Notes: generated from the sequence alone by a model not told the origin. A stretch of 63,778 nucleotides of DNA, filler included, from Intoshia linei (GCA_001642005.1; 5 parts of 5 records of this genome joined end to end with filler, not necessarily neighbours in it); one strand, 5' to 3'; numbered from the whole stretch's first letter, positions 23,101 to 36,018 are shown. Translations and numbers: made by a program.

Positions 23101-25759
23101 TTTGCATCTTCTAAGTCAAAACCTCAAATTACACAATATTGTTATAAAATCAAAAAAAATGTATTTATTGGTATAATAATAATCTGCCTCGACAGAACTA
23201 GATGCTGTTTGTAAGTTGTACATAACAGTCAACCTAGTCCTAACTTATATAAAAGGCTACGCAATTTTTGTTTATGTGTGTGTCTGTCACTGTGTGTGTT
23301 TAACTTTATTGAAATAACTACCCATCTTAGAATTTTTTAAAGTCCACAATTCAATTACAGTTTTTTTCGAAACGTATATTAAAATAAGTTTCAACCTCCC
23401 AATTTCACATTTTACGAATCAAAACCCCAGTTGTCCCTTTTTTGAAAATTAAACGAGTTGGAGAATTTAAAAGAATATATACGCTGATACGGATTTTAAA
23501 ATCATAAACATTACCATAAATTTAAATGTAGAAAAATTATATCTTCAGGGCCAAAACTACAAATTACCCTTCTTTTTTTAAAGGAAAACAGACCTAGAAT
23601 TTCAAACAATTTACAGGTGTTACAGTTGTATCCATTTAACACACATAAAAAATTTCAATCCGAATAAGTGACGACTTCACGGTAAAAAAAGCATTTTAGT
23701 ATTCATATATTTTTTTCCAAAATATTTTATTAAAACAAAAAATGTAAAATAATTAACGGTCCGAAAATTTAAAAAAATATTATTCTGATAGAGCTTATTC
23801 CAGTTGATATAAATACAAAATTTCAACCCCAGAAATCTATTCTATACTATTTTTTTAATTGATTAGACAGAATGTGTGTATAATATTAAAAATAAAATAA
23901 AAACAGTCCAATATTAAAAATTTTATTAATATCACGATGCGACTTTATTAAATTCAAATTATAAGAATGTGGCCTCATGTGTGAAATGGGTTCTGACTTC
24001 TGATCTAGACAGCAATCATTTTCTTATTTCTATTTTCATTAAAAATTAAGGGTATACCAAATGGTTATATTAAATTACCGCGTGGCAAATCCTTGTTTAT
24101 AAATTCTACCGATTCGATTCCATCGTTTTCATTCGCGTCGGTCGTATAATTATACTCTTTTTTAGTGAATCCGTTATATTCTTCATCAAAATCCAATCTT
24201 AATAAAAAATTATATTGATGAATAATTTAGATGTTGTTTATCCATATTCATAGATCTATTTAAATATAAAATAAACTAGGTTGACTGTTATGTACTACGT
24301 ACAGAAAGGACCTTGCTCTGCCGAGCGTACATTTTTGTTATACTTAAAAAATAAATTCTCTTTGAAAATCTAACTTAAAAATCCTACTATTCACTATTAT
24401 GAATCCTTTAAAGGAGTGGTTCCCAAATTTGTTTCAGGTGGAACCAGAGTTGCCAGATTAAAAAATTCATATTGCGCAGAATAGTGCGTTGGAATACTTA
24501 AATTTAAAAGCTTCAAATTGATTGACTAGTAATAATCATTATTTACATTGTTAATATAAAATTGTTAATTTTAAATATATTTTTTAAATTCAAAATTAAT
24601 TATTTATTTCATTTGGGCTAAAAAATTTAAAAATATACAATTTGATTTAATTTTCCCGAACAATAAATATACAGAAAAATACATGATTGGAAAAGCGTAT
24701 GAGTCATTAGTGACTAAAATAAGTGGGTTTTGATGAATAGTTTCCTTAATATCTGCACAATTCAAATATCCGAAATTATTTGATAAAAATAACAAGTATT
24801 CGGTTCATTTCAACTATTGAAATGCAAATAAAATAAATTTAAATTTATGGTAATGTTTATGATTTTAAAATCAGTATCAGCGTATATATTTTTTAAATTC
24901 TCCAACTCGTTTCATTATCAAAAAGAGGGACAACTGGGGTTTTTGATGCGTAAGATCTGAAATTGGGAGGTTGAAATTTATCTTAATATACGTCCCGGAA
25001 AAAAACTGTAATTGAAATATTGTTTTTAAAAAATTCTATTAGTGCTAGTTATTTTATTAAAGTCAGACACACACACACAAACAAAAATCGCATAGCATAT
25101 TATATAAGTTAGTATCATCACATTGAAAACGACAAAATAGGTTTTTATAATTTCATTTTTCCTGGAATTTATGCTATTTATGACAATTTTTAGGATTGAA
25201 CTGTTTTTAGTTTATTTTTAATATTGTACACACATTTTATCTAATAAATTTAAAAATGGGATAACAATTGTTTTTAAAATTCTTTACGCAAATGTTAACA
25301 AAAAAAAACATTAAGATGGAATAATTCACTTTAAAGTAAAAAGTAATGTGATATGACGTTTTCACGTGATACAACTTTGGGAGCCACTCCTTTAAAGGGT
25401 TGATAATAGTGAATAGTAGGATTTTTTAATTATACTAAAATGTGTCATCGGCAGAGCTAGGTCCTGTTTGTACGTAGTACATAACAGTAAACCTAGTATT
25501 ATTATATATCAGTAAAAATTATAGAATCTAAAAATTTAGTATAATGAAATAAAAATTAATTACTGAAGGTATTTGTTATACCAACCAAATGCATATGAGA
25601 TCAAATCAGAATCATAATTTGGAAATATAGTTAAGTTTTGAAGTCGTTGAAATTTCAATTTTATGACATTCAGTTTACTTTGCATATAACCAGGTACTAA
25701 ATAAATATAGTTTAAAAGAACTACTATAAAACCTAATATGATGGGGTTCAATTCAGTGT
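17137..25759 (-). CDS. LCAT/PLA2G15-like alpha/beta-hydrolase paralogue 1 with substituted nucleophile; first exon and one middle exon unresolved
   Basis: Exons 25759-25733 and 25696-25564 (LNPIILVPGYMQSKL), 24197-24079, 23043-22942 (GKNLFGFPYDYRLG), 19559-19344 (LILIAHEYG...INAPLGGS), ~17722-17354 (ICCIS...SGDGRT) and 17291-17137. Confidence 0.8.
17803..18970 (+). mobile_element. Helitron copy, 5'-truncated
   Basis: Colinear with the 60275 copy; degenerate 3' end AGTCAACTCG-T. Confidence 0.8.
19590..21909 (+). mobile_element. Degenerate 2.3-kb TIR DNA transposon, superfamily unresolved, in an LCAT-like intron
   Basis: TIRs TATTAGGGCGTCCAATTTT / AAAAGTGGACACCCTAATA (2 mismatches). Broken internal frames read YLYFDGK (20581), LELYDLI and SNALWNANVIYAIKAYLL (~21030-21085), resembling LHxDGK...HARWxxKAIYxLK transposases. 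Confidence 0.7.
22500..22703. mobile_element. Tigger-like MITE (~200 bp)
   Basis: TA-CAGTCAAAATTTCATTTAACGAA ... TTCGTTAAATGAGATTTTGACTA, with internal TTAACGAA/TTCGTTAA repeats. Confidence 0.75.
23150..23840 (+). mobile_element. Helitron 3' end fused head-to-tail to a Helitron 5' half
   Basis: AACAGTCAACCTAG|TCCTAACTTATATAA junction at 23237/23238. Confidence 0.85.
24276..25496. mobile_element. Minus-strand Helitron (24276-25114, internally deleted and interrupted) plus plus-strand 3' fragment (25115-25496)
   Basis: CTAG termini face outward at both ends. An unrelated insert starting CAGAGTTGCCAGAT lies at ~24445-24830. Confidence 0.8.
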
Positions 25760-26677
25760 CTAAAAATACGTATTTATTTAATTTTAAATTTATTTACAGT
25801 GCGACAGCTATCATGCTCAACAAAATATTAGTCATTTATTAAATCCATTAAAACGTCTACGCGGTGATTTTTATTCGTTTTATGTAAATATATACATGAT
25901 AAAAAACTATTTGAATGAATTGAATTTAAAAGGTTGAAACATTTTATTTTATTTTACAAAATAATTAAAACAATGGCTCTAAAATTGACGATTTTAAAAC
26001 TTCAAATGACTCCGACTCCCATTCAAACAATACATACTTACAAAGCTTTGTATTTCTAAACAGTTGCAACAATGGTACATTGAAAATTATCCGAATGGAA
26101 TTAATTATATACTTAAAGTGATAAATGATATAATATCAGAAAAATTTTCGAGAAAAGCTAAAATAACTGATTACTTTTTTAAATAAAAAAAAATTTAAAA
26201 CATTAAATATAATTTTAATTAAAATTGCTAATTTTACTTAGTATTTTCGTGAATATTCGATTGTATTAATATACTATTTTCAAAAATATTTTGATTAGAT
26301 CAAACTTTGCTATGACGCTTCAAGTGGAAAAATCAGCAGTTTAAGGATAATAAAAAGTTCACTATAAATTCTATAATGAACATCGTTATTTTTTCTGATA
26401 TTTCTAGTTGTTTTAGGTTCCAAGAAAATATTGTCAAGAACATACAGTATCTTACAATTTTAACAAAATTAAAAAAAATTTTTATTAAAACATTCAATTT
26501 TAAATAAGAAACTAAACAACGAAACTAAAAAAACTTTTTTAATATAATTTTTATATTACAATCTTTGCAATAATGGTTAAATTCGATGGAAATGTTTATA
26601 AAGTGATAATTCAGTTAATTATTGATACACAATTGGTATTTTTAAGTATTTATTAAATTGGTACTCAATATATGTTA

Positions 26678-28471
26678 CTAGCTTGGCAGTTTTGTACTAC
26701 GTACAAACAGCACCTAGCTCTGCGAGGGCACTCTTTTATTATACCAAAAAAATAAATTCACGTTGAAAATCTAACTATCAAATTCTACTATTAACTATTA
26801 TCTATTGAAAAATATTTGTTGATAATATATTAAAAATTATTTTTTACCGAGAATGCGTAGATTTCTGGGGTTGAAATTTTGTATTTATATCAAGTGGAAT
26901 AAGCTCTATCAGAATAATTTTTTTTTTAAATTTTCGGACCGTTAATTATTTTATATTTTTTGGTTTAATAAAGTATTTCGGAAAAAAATATATGAATACT
27001 AAAGTGCTTTTTTGACCGTGAAGTCGTACTTATCAGATTTAAATTTTTATGTGTGTTAACAGGATACAATCTACCACATGTAAATTTTTTGAAATTCTAG
27101 GGCTGTTTTCAAAAAAAAAGGAAGGAAATTTGTGGTTTTGGCCATGAAGATATAATTTTTTTAAATTTAAATTTATGGTAATGTTTATGATTTTAAANNN
27201 NNNNNNNNNNNNNNNNNNNNNNNNNNNNNNNNNNNNNNNNNTTAATTAATTAANNNNNNNNNNNNNNNNNNNNNNNNNNNNNNNNNNNNNNNNNNNNAAA
27301 AAAATATATACGCTGATACGGATTTTAAAATCATAAACATTATCATAATTTAAATTAAAAAAAATTATATATTCAGGGCCAAAACCACAAATTACCCTTC
27401 TTTTTTTAATGAAAACAGTTAGAATTTAAAAAAATTTACGGGTGGTACAGTTGTATCCTGTTAATACACATAAAAAATTTCAATCCGAACAAGTGACGAC
27501 TTCACGGTCAAAAAATGATTTTAGTATTCATATATTTTTTTTCTGAAATATTTTATTAAAACAAAAATGTGAAATAATTAACAGTCCAAAAATTCAAAAA
27601 AAGATTATTCTGATAGAGCTTATTCCAGTTGATATAAATACAAAATTTCAACCCCAGAAATCTACGCATTCCCTTTGAAAAATAATTTTTAATATATTAT
27701 CAACCAATATTTTTCATAACATAACATAACATAATACATTCATAACATAATTAACCGATTAAAATAAAAATTGAAAATGTAAATATTGATCCTACAATTT
27801 CAAAAAAATGTGCCAATTTGTAGTCTATCATTTCCAATAAAGAAATAAGGGGGGAAATCTATATAATTCATTACTTCGGAATTTTTTTCATTGATACGCA
27901 ATGTTTAAATCTCAAATTTTCATTTTCAAAACATTTTGTATAAAATTTAAATTAAAACTACAACAACGATTACTAAAAGTAATACAACTTTGTTTTTATC
28001 ATTTTTATATTTATTACAATCGTTTGCAATATTGTGTCAAATTCACCTGAAAAATGTTTATAAAGTGCTGATTCCGTTAATTATTGATACATAGTATTTT
28101 TAAGTATTTATTAAACTGAATATATATTATCAATGATAATTTATCACATTGAAAATGACAAAATATGTTTTTATAATTTTATTTTTTCTGGAATTTATGA
28201 TATTTATGACAACTTTTAGGATTGGACTGTTTTTACTTTATTTTTAATATTATACACACATTCCGTCTAATAAATAAAAAAATGGGATAACAATTATTTT
28301 TAAAATTTTTTACACAAATGTTAACAAAATTATGATGGAATAATTCACGTTAAAGTAAAAAGTAATGTGATGTAACGGTTCCACCTGAAACAAGTTTGGG
28401 AACCACTCCTTTAAAGGATTGAGAAAAGTGAATAGTAGCTGTTTGTACGTAGTACATAACAGTCAACCTAG
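26678..28471. mobile_element. Two Helitron copies in inverted orientation flanking the gap at 27198-27297
   Basis: Minus copy 26678-27197 (A-CTAG start on the + strand); plus copy 27298-28471 ending CAACCTAG-T. Confidence 0.85.
27198..27297. other. Assembly gap with stop linker
   Basis: N44-TTAATTAATTAA-N44. Confidence 0.97.
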
Positions 28472-29054
28472 TTATACAATTATATAGTTATGTATTTATA
28501 ATCAAAAATTTATACCTATATTCAATTTTTCAGAGACGCAATATACATCGATGTTTTCTTGATTTTATAACTTGAAATCCTTTGTCAAAATTCAAAAACT
28601 AAATTTAATAATTTGACCAGTAATGAATAAAAATATGGAATAAAAATGGATTTTGTCCTTTAAAATTTAAATAAAATTTTTATTTATATTTCAATTTGCA
28701 ATATAACTTGCAGATTTTGTTTTGTTGCTACTTTGATACATATGAAATTACTATAACCGATTTATTGATTCAACTTTAAATTTTTGCATTACAGTGTTAT
28801 TTGTAAATTATGTACCCTACTATTTTACTAATATTTAATAATTTAGGATCTCGACTAGCTAATGAATAATGGATAAATATCTTTTAAAAAAAACTTGAAT
28901 AATGTAGTACATGAATCATGATGTATGTCAATGTAACAAAATTATGAGAAATAGTAAATGTTGTAAAAACAGTTTCCAATGAGAAACTGGATTAGAATTT
29001 AAATAAATAATTTGAATTAACAATAAAATAATGAAATTTAAATAAAAATTTTAA

Positions 29055-32000
29055 ATGTCAAACAAGGGAAATATTTTGAAAATTTTACAAGATGAAACGG
29101 CCGTTAAACATGCATTTTATAACGCGTTAGCTCTGTTAATAACGTCAATATTTTGTTTCATTGTGTATGGAGTTTATCATGTATTGGAAATATTCATGAG
29201 GCCATTATTATGGGCAATATTATTTGGAACGATTTTGCATCCAATCAAATCAAACTTGACTGTAAAACTTTTTAAATCGATTCACGACATTCAATATGAT
29301 GTTAAATTATTTGAAAGGTTTCAAAATGATGCTGAAAAGAAAACGATAAAAAATTTGAAATCTGATAATCAAATGAAAATATACTATACGTTATACAAAT
29401 TTGGATTATTGGGTGTGTTTCGGTTATTTATCATATGGCCCTTGTGCTGGCTTTTTTACCCAATTCAAAAGATTTATACAATTACAATGTTGATAACTAG
29501 AGTCAAATTGATTTTAATAACAGTATTTGCCATTTCTTCCGTTTCCTATAAAAAACAAACATTTCATAATTTTGATTTATCTCACTTCTCCGGAATACTA
29601 AGCATAAACATTTACATTACTTTATGTATTGTTTCAATTTATTCAATTGCATCCTATATAAAACCGAAATGTTTACTTCGGTCTGTATTATTTTATTTAA
29701 CTTGGATTTCTGTTTCGATTAGCATTGCTTTGAGATTTCAAAACGGGATATTTATTTTATTAATCAGTTCATTAATTTTGCTTTTCTCTTTGTATATTAA
29801 CAAAAACGATGGTTATAATGGTTTATTATGAATCTGTCAATGTTATAATTTATTATTTAGTATTCATAAATGTTATTTCCAAAACATTGTATCAATATAT
29901 CCCGGAAAAACAAAATTCTAAGACGCGAAATATTTTTCTTTACCTTTTTATCTCGTGTTTTATAGTATTTGTAGCCAAGAATAATATGATTCTCGTTTCT
30001 CTTACTGTTGCTTTTATTATTTTACTATTTTGTTACATCTTAGGTATATAATTATAACATGTCATAAGTGCTGTTTCAAAGCGAAATTAAAAATTCCAAA
30101 GATATTTTTTTAGATTAAATTACAATAACATTTTAAAATTACTTATTTATTGAGATACCTTACGACGTAGGGTCTACGTCTCTTTACAAGAAACTGCATA
30201 TTATTTGATATACGTAAATATGTTTATTATGAACACATTTTAGTCATAATATTACGAAAATATCCGGTATTGTATTATCCATATGAACTTTTGTATGCAA
30301 TCGAGGAAAAATTACCAAGTTCTATCTTTGAAAGTCGGGTTCTAAAACTATTACATCAAATTGATAAAATGGTTTTATTTTACAAAAATTCAGTAGAATT
30401 CCGAGTCAACACATTTTTTAGAAAAAACCATTTTTATATTAAAGCCGTAAATGAACCATGCAGTAACATTTTTATTATTTACCCACGAATTGTAAAGATT
30501 GAGGGTGGATATATCTAGATAAAAGATTAAAAACCTAAGTTTAATCAATGGAATAGAAATGATAGTATTTATAAGTGGTTAGTAATATTTTTACACCTTA
30601 GAAAGTGCCCAATTGTTATAAAAGGTTATTTACGCTGTTGTAAAGTAAAAATATACCGATATGATTTTAAATGGTGATTCCGTTTCCTTTCTACTGTCCT
30701 GATTCAACTTACGATTGGTTCATAACATTTGTGATATTCCAGGGATTATATGGTAAAAAGGTTTAAAAATCATTTATCCTATATTTTTATATATCCTATA
30801 CTTTATCCTTTACTTATATAAAATTAAATTTCTGTGTGTTACTTTTTTTTCCAAAATTAATAATTCTAGAATTTAGAAACCCCAATTTTAAATACAGTTT
30901 TACGCAGGTGATGTTTATATAAATGAATTTATTTCAGAAATTGAGTCATTCAGGTTCAAAACCACAATTTGGATTTTATAGGGCTTTTAAGGGAATATAT
31001 TTTTTTCTACCATTTTTAAAAGATTTTGAAGACAATTTTGGAACTAAAATTTTGTAGAGTTTTTAAGGGAATATTTTTTGTACCATTTTTTAAAGATTTT
31101 GAAGATAATTTTGGGACCAAAATGGTGTAGGGTTTTTAAGAGATCATTTTTTTCATTCAATTTTTAAAAATTTTAAAGATTCCATAAAATGTTAAAAATA
31201 TTTAATTCAAAACCCTACAAAATGTTGGTCATTGTCATTAAAGAAACCTTGAAGAAATCACAAAAATATTGTCAAAAAATAAATATTAATATTAATTAAC
31301 AAAATCGATGATTATGTCGTTTTTTTTGAAATTGTAGGATCAATATTTACATTTTAAATTTTGTTAATCGAAATATTTGAAAAATATTGGTTGATAATAC
31401 AATCAGACTCGTCAATAATGAACGTTAAATGTCGGATTTTTGGCACATTCATTATTAAATAATTTGGTGATTTAATCAACATTTCGAATTAAAGGGATAC
31501 CTTTTTAAAAACTGTACCAATTTATGAACCAAAAATTGTAGATTTGTAAGAAAGCCAATGTTTTAAAAAACGTGTATATCTATTATATCCGATAGACCAG
31601 TGATTCACACCGTAGTCCATAATTAACAAAATTAATTTATAAAGGTTTAAAAATTTAAATAAGAATGCTAATAAATTCATATATTCGTTAACATGACATG
31701 TCATCCGCCAACCGGGCATATGAAAAATGTTCATTTATGGAGGTCCACAGATTTTTTTGAACATAATAACAGTAAATAAAATATTGTCCACAGCGAAAAA
31801 AAGATTGAGAAACACTGCAATAGACTAATAAAAAGGTTATTTATAAACTTATTTTTGACAATATGCAACTAACAAAATATACAAAAAAGTTTTATTTAAT
31901 ATACAGGTATAACTATTGTCTTTTCATGTAATCTAATATGCAACATCTTTTATTTCTTTCCTTATCTACAATTTTTTTAATTTCATGTGGGATATTTTTA

Positions 32001-35000
32001 ATAAAAAAGATTCAATAGTTACAAGAGTGTAAAATGCATCCAGAAATGTAAGCGGTTTATTAGATAAAATATTATTATTTTCATTTGGCAAAGAAATAAT
32101 GTTTTTCTTTATATCTTCAAGTGATTCTTCTGGACTTATGATATCAGAAATATCATTTAATTCAATATCATATGGAATATAATCGATGTCAATTGAAGGC
32201 TCATTAATATTAAATAGTGCATCATAATCCAGCATTGATAATTCTATTGCTTTTTTATAACAATTAGATATTAATTATGGTGATATGGATTTCCACGCTT
32301 CAATGATAAGTCAAACGGCGTCATAAAGTTTAATTTCTTTGAGACGCTCTAAAAAAAAGTTTCATTATTATTTGATCGAATTAAGATTTTTTTATTATAT
32401 AAAACTGGTTTTTAGACAAATACTGATACTAAGAAATTTTAATGATTATTTTCATTTTTACTAACATTTTTGTAGATAATACAACTTACTTTTTATTTCG
32501 GCTTGTCAGCCTTTTTTATAAACCAAAAAGACTGACAATCCATATCTAATAGACAGTAATTGCGTGACATATTTCAAAACTGTTAACATTCCATTTAGTC
32601 AATAAATTATTATATCATTATTAAAAAATCACGATAAGTAATGAATGTATAAGAAATTTACTATAGAAGGGATGAATTTTGACCAAAACTCGTTCATTAT
32701 CATCGAAATTCATTATTTACGTTATTCATTATTAACGCGTTAGACTGTATATTAAAACGTATTTTACATCGGGAATGCGTAGATTTCTCGGGTTGAACTT
32801 TTGTATTTATATCAACTGGAATAAGCTCTATCAAAATAATCTTATTTTTTAATTTTCGGACCGTTAATTATTGCACATTTTTGGTTTTAATAAAATATTT
32901 CGAAAAAAATATATATGAATACTAAAATGCTTTTTTGACCGTTAAGTCGTCACTTATTCGGATTGAAATTTTCTGTGTGTGGTAACAGGATACAACTGTA
33001 CAACCTGTAAATTTTTTGAAATTCTAGGGCTGTTTTCATTGAAAAAAGAAGGGTAATTTGGGGTTTTGGCCCTGAAGATATAATTTTTTTAAATTTAAAT
33101 TTATGGTAATGTTGATGATTTTAAAATCCGTATCAGCGTATATATTTTTTTAAATTATCCAACTCGTTTGATTTTCAAAAAGAGACAACTGGGGTTTTTG
33201 ACCCGTAAGATGTGAAATTGGGAAGTTGAAATTAAGTTTGCGCACACTCCAGAAAAAACTGTAATTGAAATGTGAACTTTATAAAATTCTAAGACAAGTA
33301 GTTATTTAAATAAAGAATAACACACACACAAACAAAAATCGCGTAGCATATTATATAAGTTAGGATATTCTTTATTTTCTTACGATTACTATGATACACT
33401 CCGTCTAATAATTATAACAACATTATCATTTTGTTAATAACAATTATATTTGTAGATAAAAATTAATGAAAATTGGCATGTTGGACATGCACAATATAAG
33501 GTTTTCATATTAAAAAAAAACAAAATTAACTAAAGTTTTTTAATAAAAACGTTAAAAATACAAAAACACGAGTGTCCATAAATTATAACAACACAACTGT
33601 TTATTAATTAAAATGACTATATATATATGCTACATGAATATTTCTTTTGATAATTAATTGACTTTCTTCCAACCTTTAATACTTTGATTGCACGATTTTT
33701 TACAAAATCTGATAATTTTAAAAACGTTTCATCCAAAATTTTCTCCCATGAATACATTACGGCTTTTGTTAGTTCATTAATGTTGTTATATTGTTTATTT
33801 CCACCATAGAGACATCGAACCATTATACCCCAAATATTTTCTATAGAGTTGAGATCTGGAGACACAGCAGGCCAGTCCATAATATTAAAAAAATGATCAT
33901 TTAAAAATAATTTTGTTTAAAATTTTAAAATTGGTTTATTGTATGTTATATTTAGGTATATTAAATTTTAATTTTATGTCAGTTTTTTGCGCAGTAATAT
34001 ATAAACATAAAAAAAATCTGTTAGGAGACCACATGAAAGTATTTGTTATAAATTATGATGGGGTGTAGAAATTTCGTAAGGATAAATGTGGGGCATAACA
34101 CTTAAAAGGTTGGGAAACACTGGTCTAGTGTCAAATATACCTCTCGTAATCGGGGTAATTTCAATAATTATTTTCAATTGATAATTTTCAATTCTTTAAT
34201 TGAAGCATTTACTAAATATATTCCATCAAATTATTATGACAAAAGAATATAACAAATACTGTACTGTACTAAGATCTGTAGTCGACAAGTCTTTAAAATT
34301 TTATTTTTTGGTATAATTAAAAAAGTTGCCTTCTGTAGAACTAGCTGCTGTTTGTACAAAATAATTAACAGTCAAGCTAGAGTCTATATAAAATTATGAA
34401 TTAAAGTTAAAAATTACTAATGTTTCTGTTAACTAGGAATTGTACTGTATGAACCATTTTATTATACTATTAATATAAATATTATTATAATATAATAAAA
34501 ATTTTAGATAATTGAAAACACCAAAAAATGGCTTCATTTTTTAGTCGCATCAGTTTTATTGTTATTTTTTATTGCAATTACAATTTGTTTAATTGTTATA
34601 GTTTTTTATCAAGTAATTAATTATCACAAGGTGGTCCAAACTCAGGGTCACTCGACTCTACTAATTAAATGTTTATATTTGATATTTATTTTTTATAAAC
34701 AAATTAAACAATGGTTCAATACATAATCACATAAGGTTGGGAAAATTTCATTATATAAAACATACATGTAAAAATTTCAAATACACCCAGTAGCAACTGT
34801 ATCCCAATGCATCAATAAAAATATTAGTATTTTAATATTTCTCTCCACGTATTTATGCGAGAACCTTTTCTACGATTAAAAAAATACAATATCTTTGAAG
34901 TAATAACTTGCCGCCATATTTTTTTGGGTGTTTAAATATTTTGAAAAAAAATAATGTTTGGACCAACCTGACTTTTATATTTAAATCTTATCGTATACAA

Positions 35001-35089
35001 TAATAATTATAGGTAAATTGTGAATTAATGTATTTGGCTAAAGAATCTCATCAAATGATTCAAAATCAATGGAAATACAATCTATCAGG
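29055..35089 (+). CDS. TMEM245: Transmembrane protein 245 homologue, N-terminal half; 3' exons not in the window
   Basis: AFYNALALL...LEIFMRPLLWAILFGTILHPIK matches the conserved TMEM245 N-terminus (AFYN...LRPLLWA...GTFLHPFK). Further hydrophobic exons lie at approx. 29861-30043, 30244-30371, 34508-34612 and 35013-35089. Confidence 0.8.
31400..32747 (-). mobile_element. Tigger/pogo deletion derivative carrying a transposase C-terminal relic (31966-32350) and a hAT-like end
   Basis: TA-flanked TIRs CAATCAGACTCGTCAATAATGAA / TTCATTATTAACGCGTTAGACTG. The minus frame reads IKLYDAV*LIIEAWKSISP*LISNCYKKA, typical of the DDE-1 C-terminus. The element is inserted into a Helitron. Confidence 0.8.
32748..33365 (-). 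mobile_element. Helitron 5' half, continuing at 31320-31399 beyond the Tigger insert
   Basis: Minus-strand start TCCTAACTTATATAATATGCTACGCG at 33365. Confidence 0.85.
33397..34066 (-). mobile_element. Tc1-like element, internally deleted; transposase C-terminus at 33617-33900
   Basis: DWPAVSPDLNSIENIWGIM is the Tc1 WPxxSPDLNPIENxW motif. Imperfect TA-CAC...ATAATT TIRs are present. Confidence 0.8.
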
Positions 35090-35122
35090 GTTTAAATAGT
35101 TTATTTCATGTTTTATATTGTA

Positions 35123-35522
35123 CTAGGTTGACTGTTGTGTACTACGTACAAACAGCACCTAGCTCTGCCGAGGGCACATTTTTATTCTACCAAAAAAGTA
35201 AATTCACGTTGAAAATGTAACTTAAAAATCCTACTATTCACTATTATCAATCCTTTAAAGGAGTGGTTCCCAAATTTGTTTGAGATGGAACCGTCATATC
35301 ACATTAATGTAATTATTCCATTTTAAATTGGTTTTCTTAACATTTGTGTAAAGAATTTTAAAAAAAATTGTTATTTTATTTTTTTAATTTATTAGACAGA
35401 ATGTGTATATAACATTAAAAATAAAGTTGAAACAGTACAATCCTAAGAATTATTATAAATAGCATAAATTCTAGAAAAAATATCATTATAAAAACCTATT
35501 TTGTCATTTTCAATGTGATGAT
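35123..35522 (-). mobile_element. Helitron 3' segment (~400 bp)
   Basis: Well-conserved 3' hairpin and CTAG; on the minus strand it begins at A|TCATCACATTG. Confidence 0.85.
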
Positions 35523-35888
35523 ATACATTTACTTGTTCGCAGCAATTTTGCAATTGATATAAACCAATCTAAACTACATGCTATGTTTTTCAATTTTTTA
35601 TATATTAAACGATTTAACAAGATCTTTTATTTGTAAATAAATAAAAAAAAAAATCTGAAAAAAGTCGTAGAAATTAAAGTTTTTAATTATTTTGTTACTT
35701 TGAACGTCTCACCAATTTTGCAAAACTATCGAAAACATAATAAATTCGGATTTTCTGACAAATAATTGTTTTTAAACTGTTTTCATGATCGCAAATGACA
35801 CTGTCAAATAATATTAGTTCAAAAAGCAATTATTAAGTCTGCTGATGGGGTGCAAAAATCTGGAAGGGTTGTTACATCCACATCCGTT

Positions 35889-35988
35889 NNNNNNNNNNNN
35901 NNNNNNNNNNNNNNNNNNNNNNNNNNNNNNNNTTAATTAATTAANNNNNNNNNNNNNNNNNNNNNNNNNNNNNNNNNNNNNNNNNNNN
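35889..35988. other. Assembly gap with stop linker
   Basis: N44-TTAATTAATTAA-N44. Confidence 0.97.
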
Positions 35989-36018
35989 AATTAACATAAT
36001 TAATTGTATTATTTTATA

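Noticed and set aside
31522-31734. Duplicated small ORF (also 50929-51126) as a conserved peptide gene
   Set aside because: Both copies lie inside the same Tigger-type repeat; the similarity reflects the repeat.
35540-35888. Possible MULE-like transposase relic on the minus strand
   Set aside because: Too degraded to support a call.
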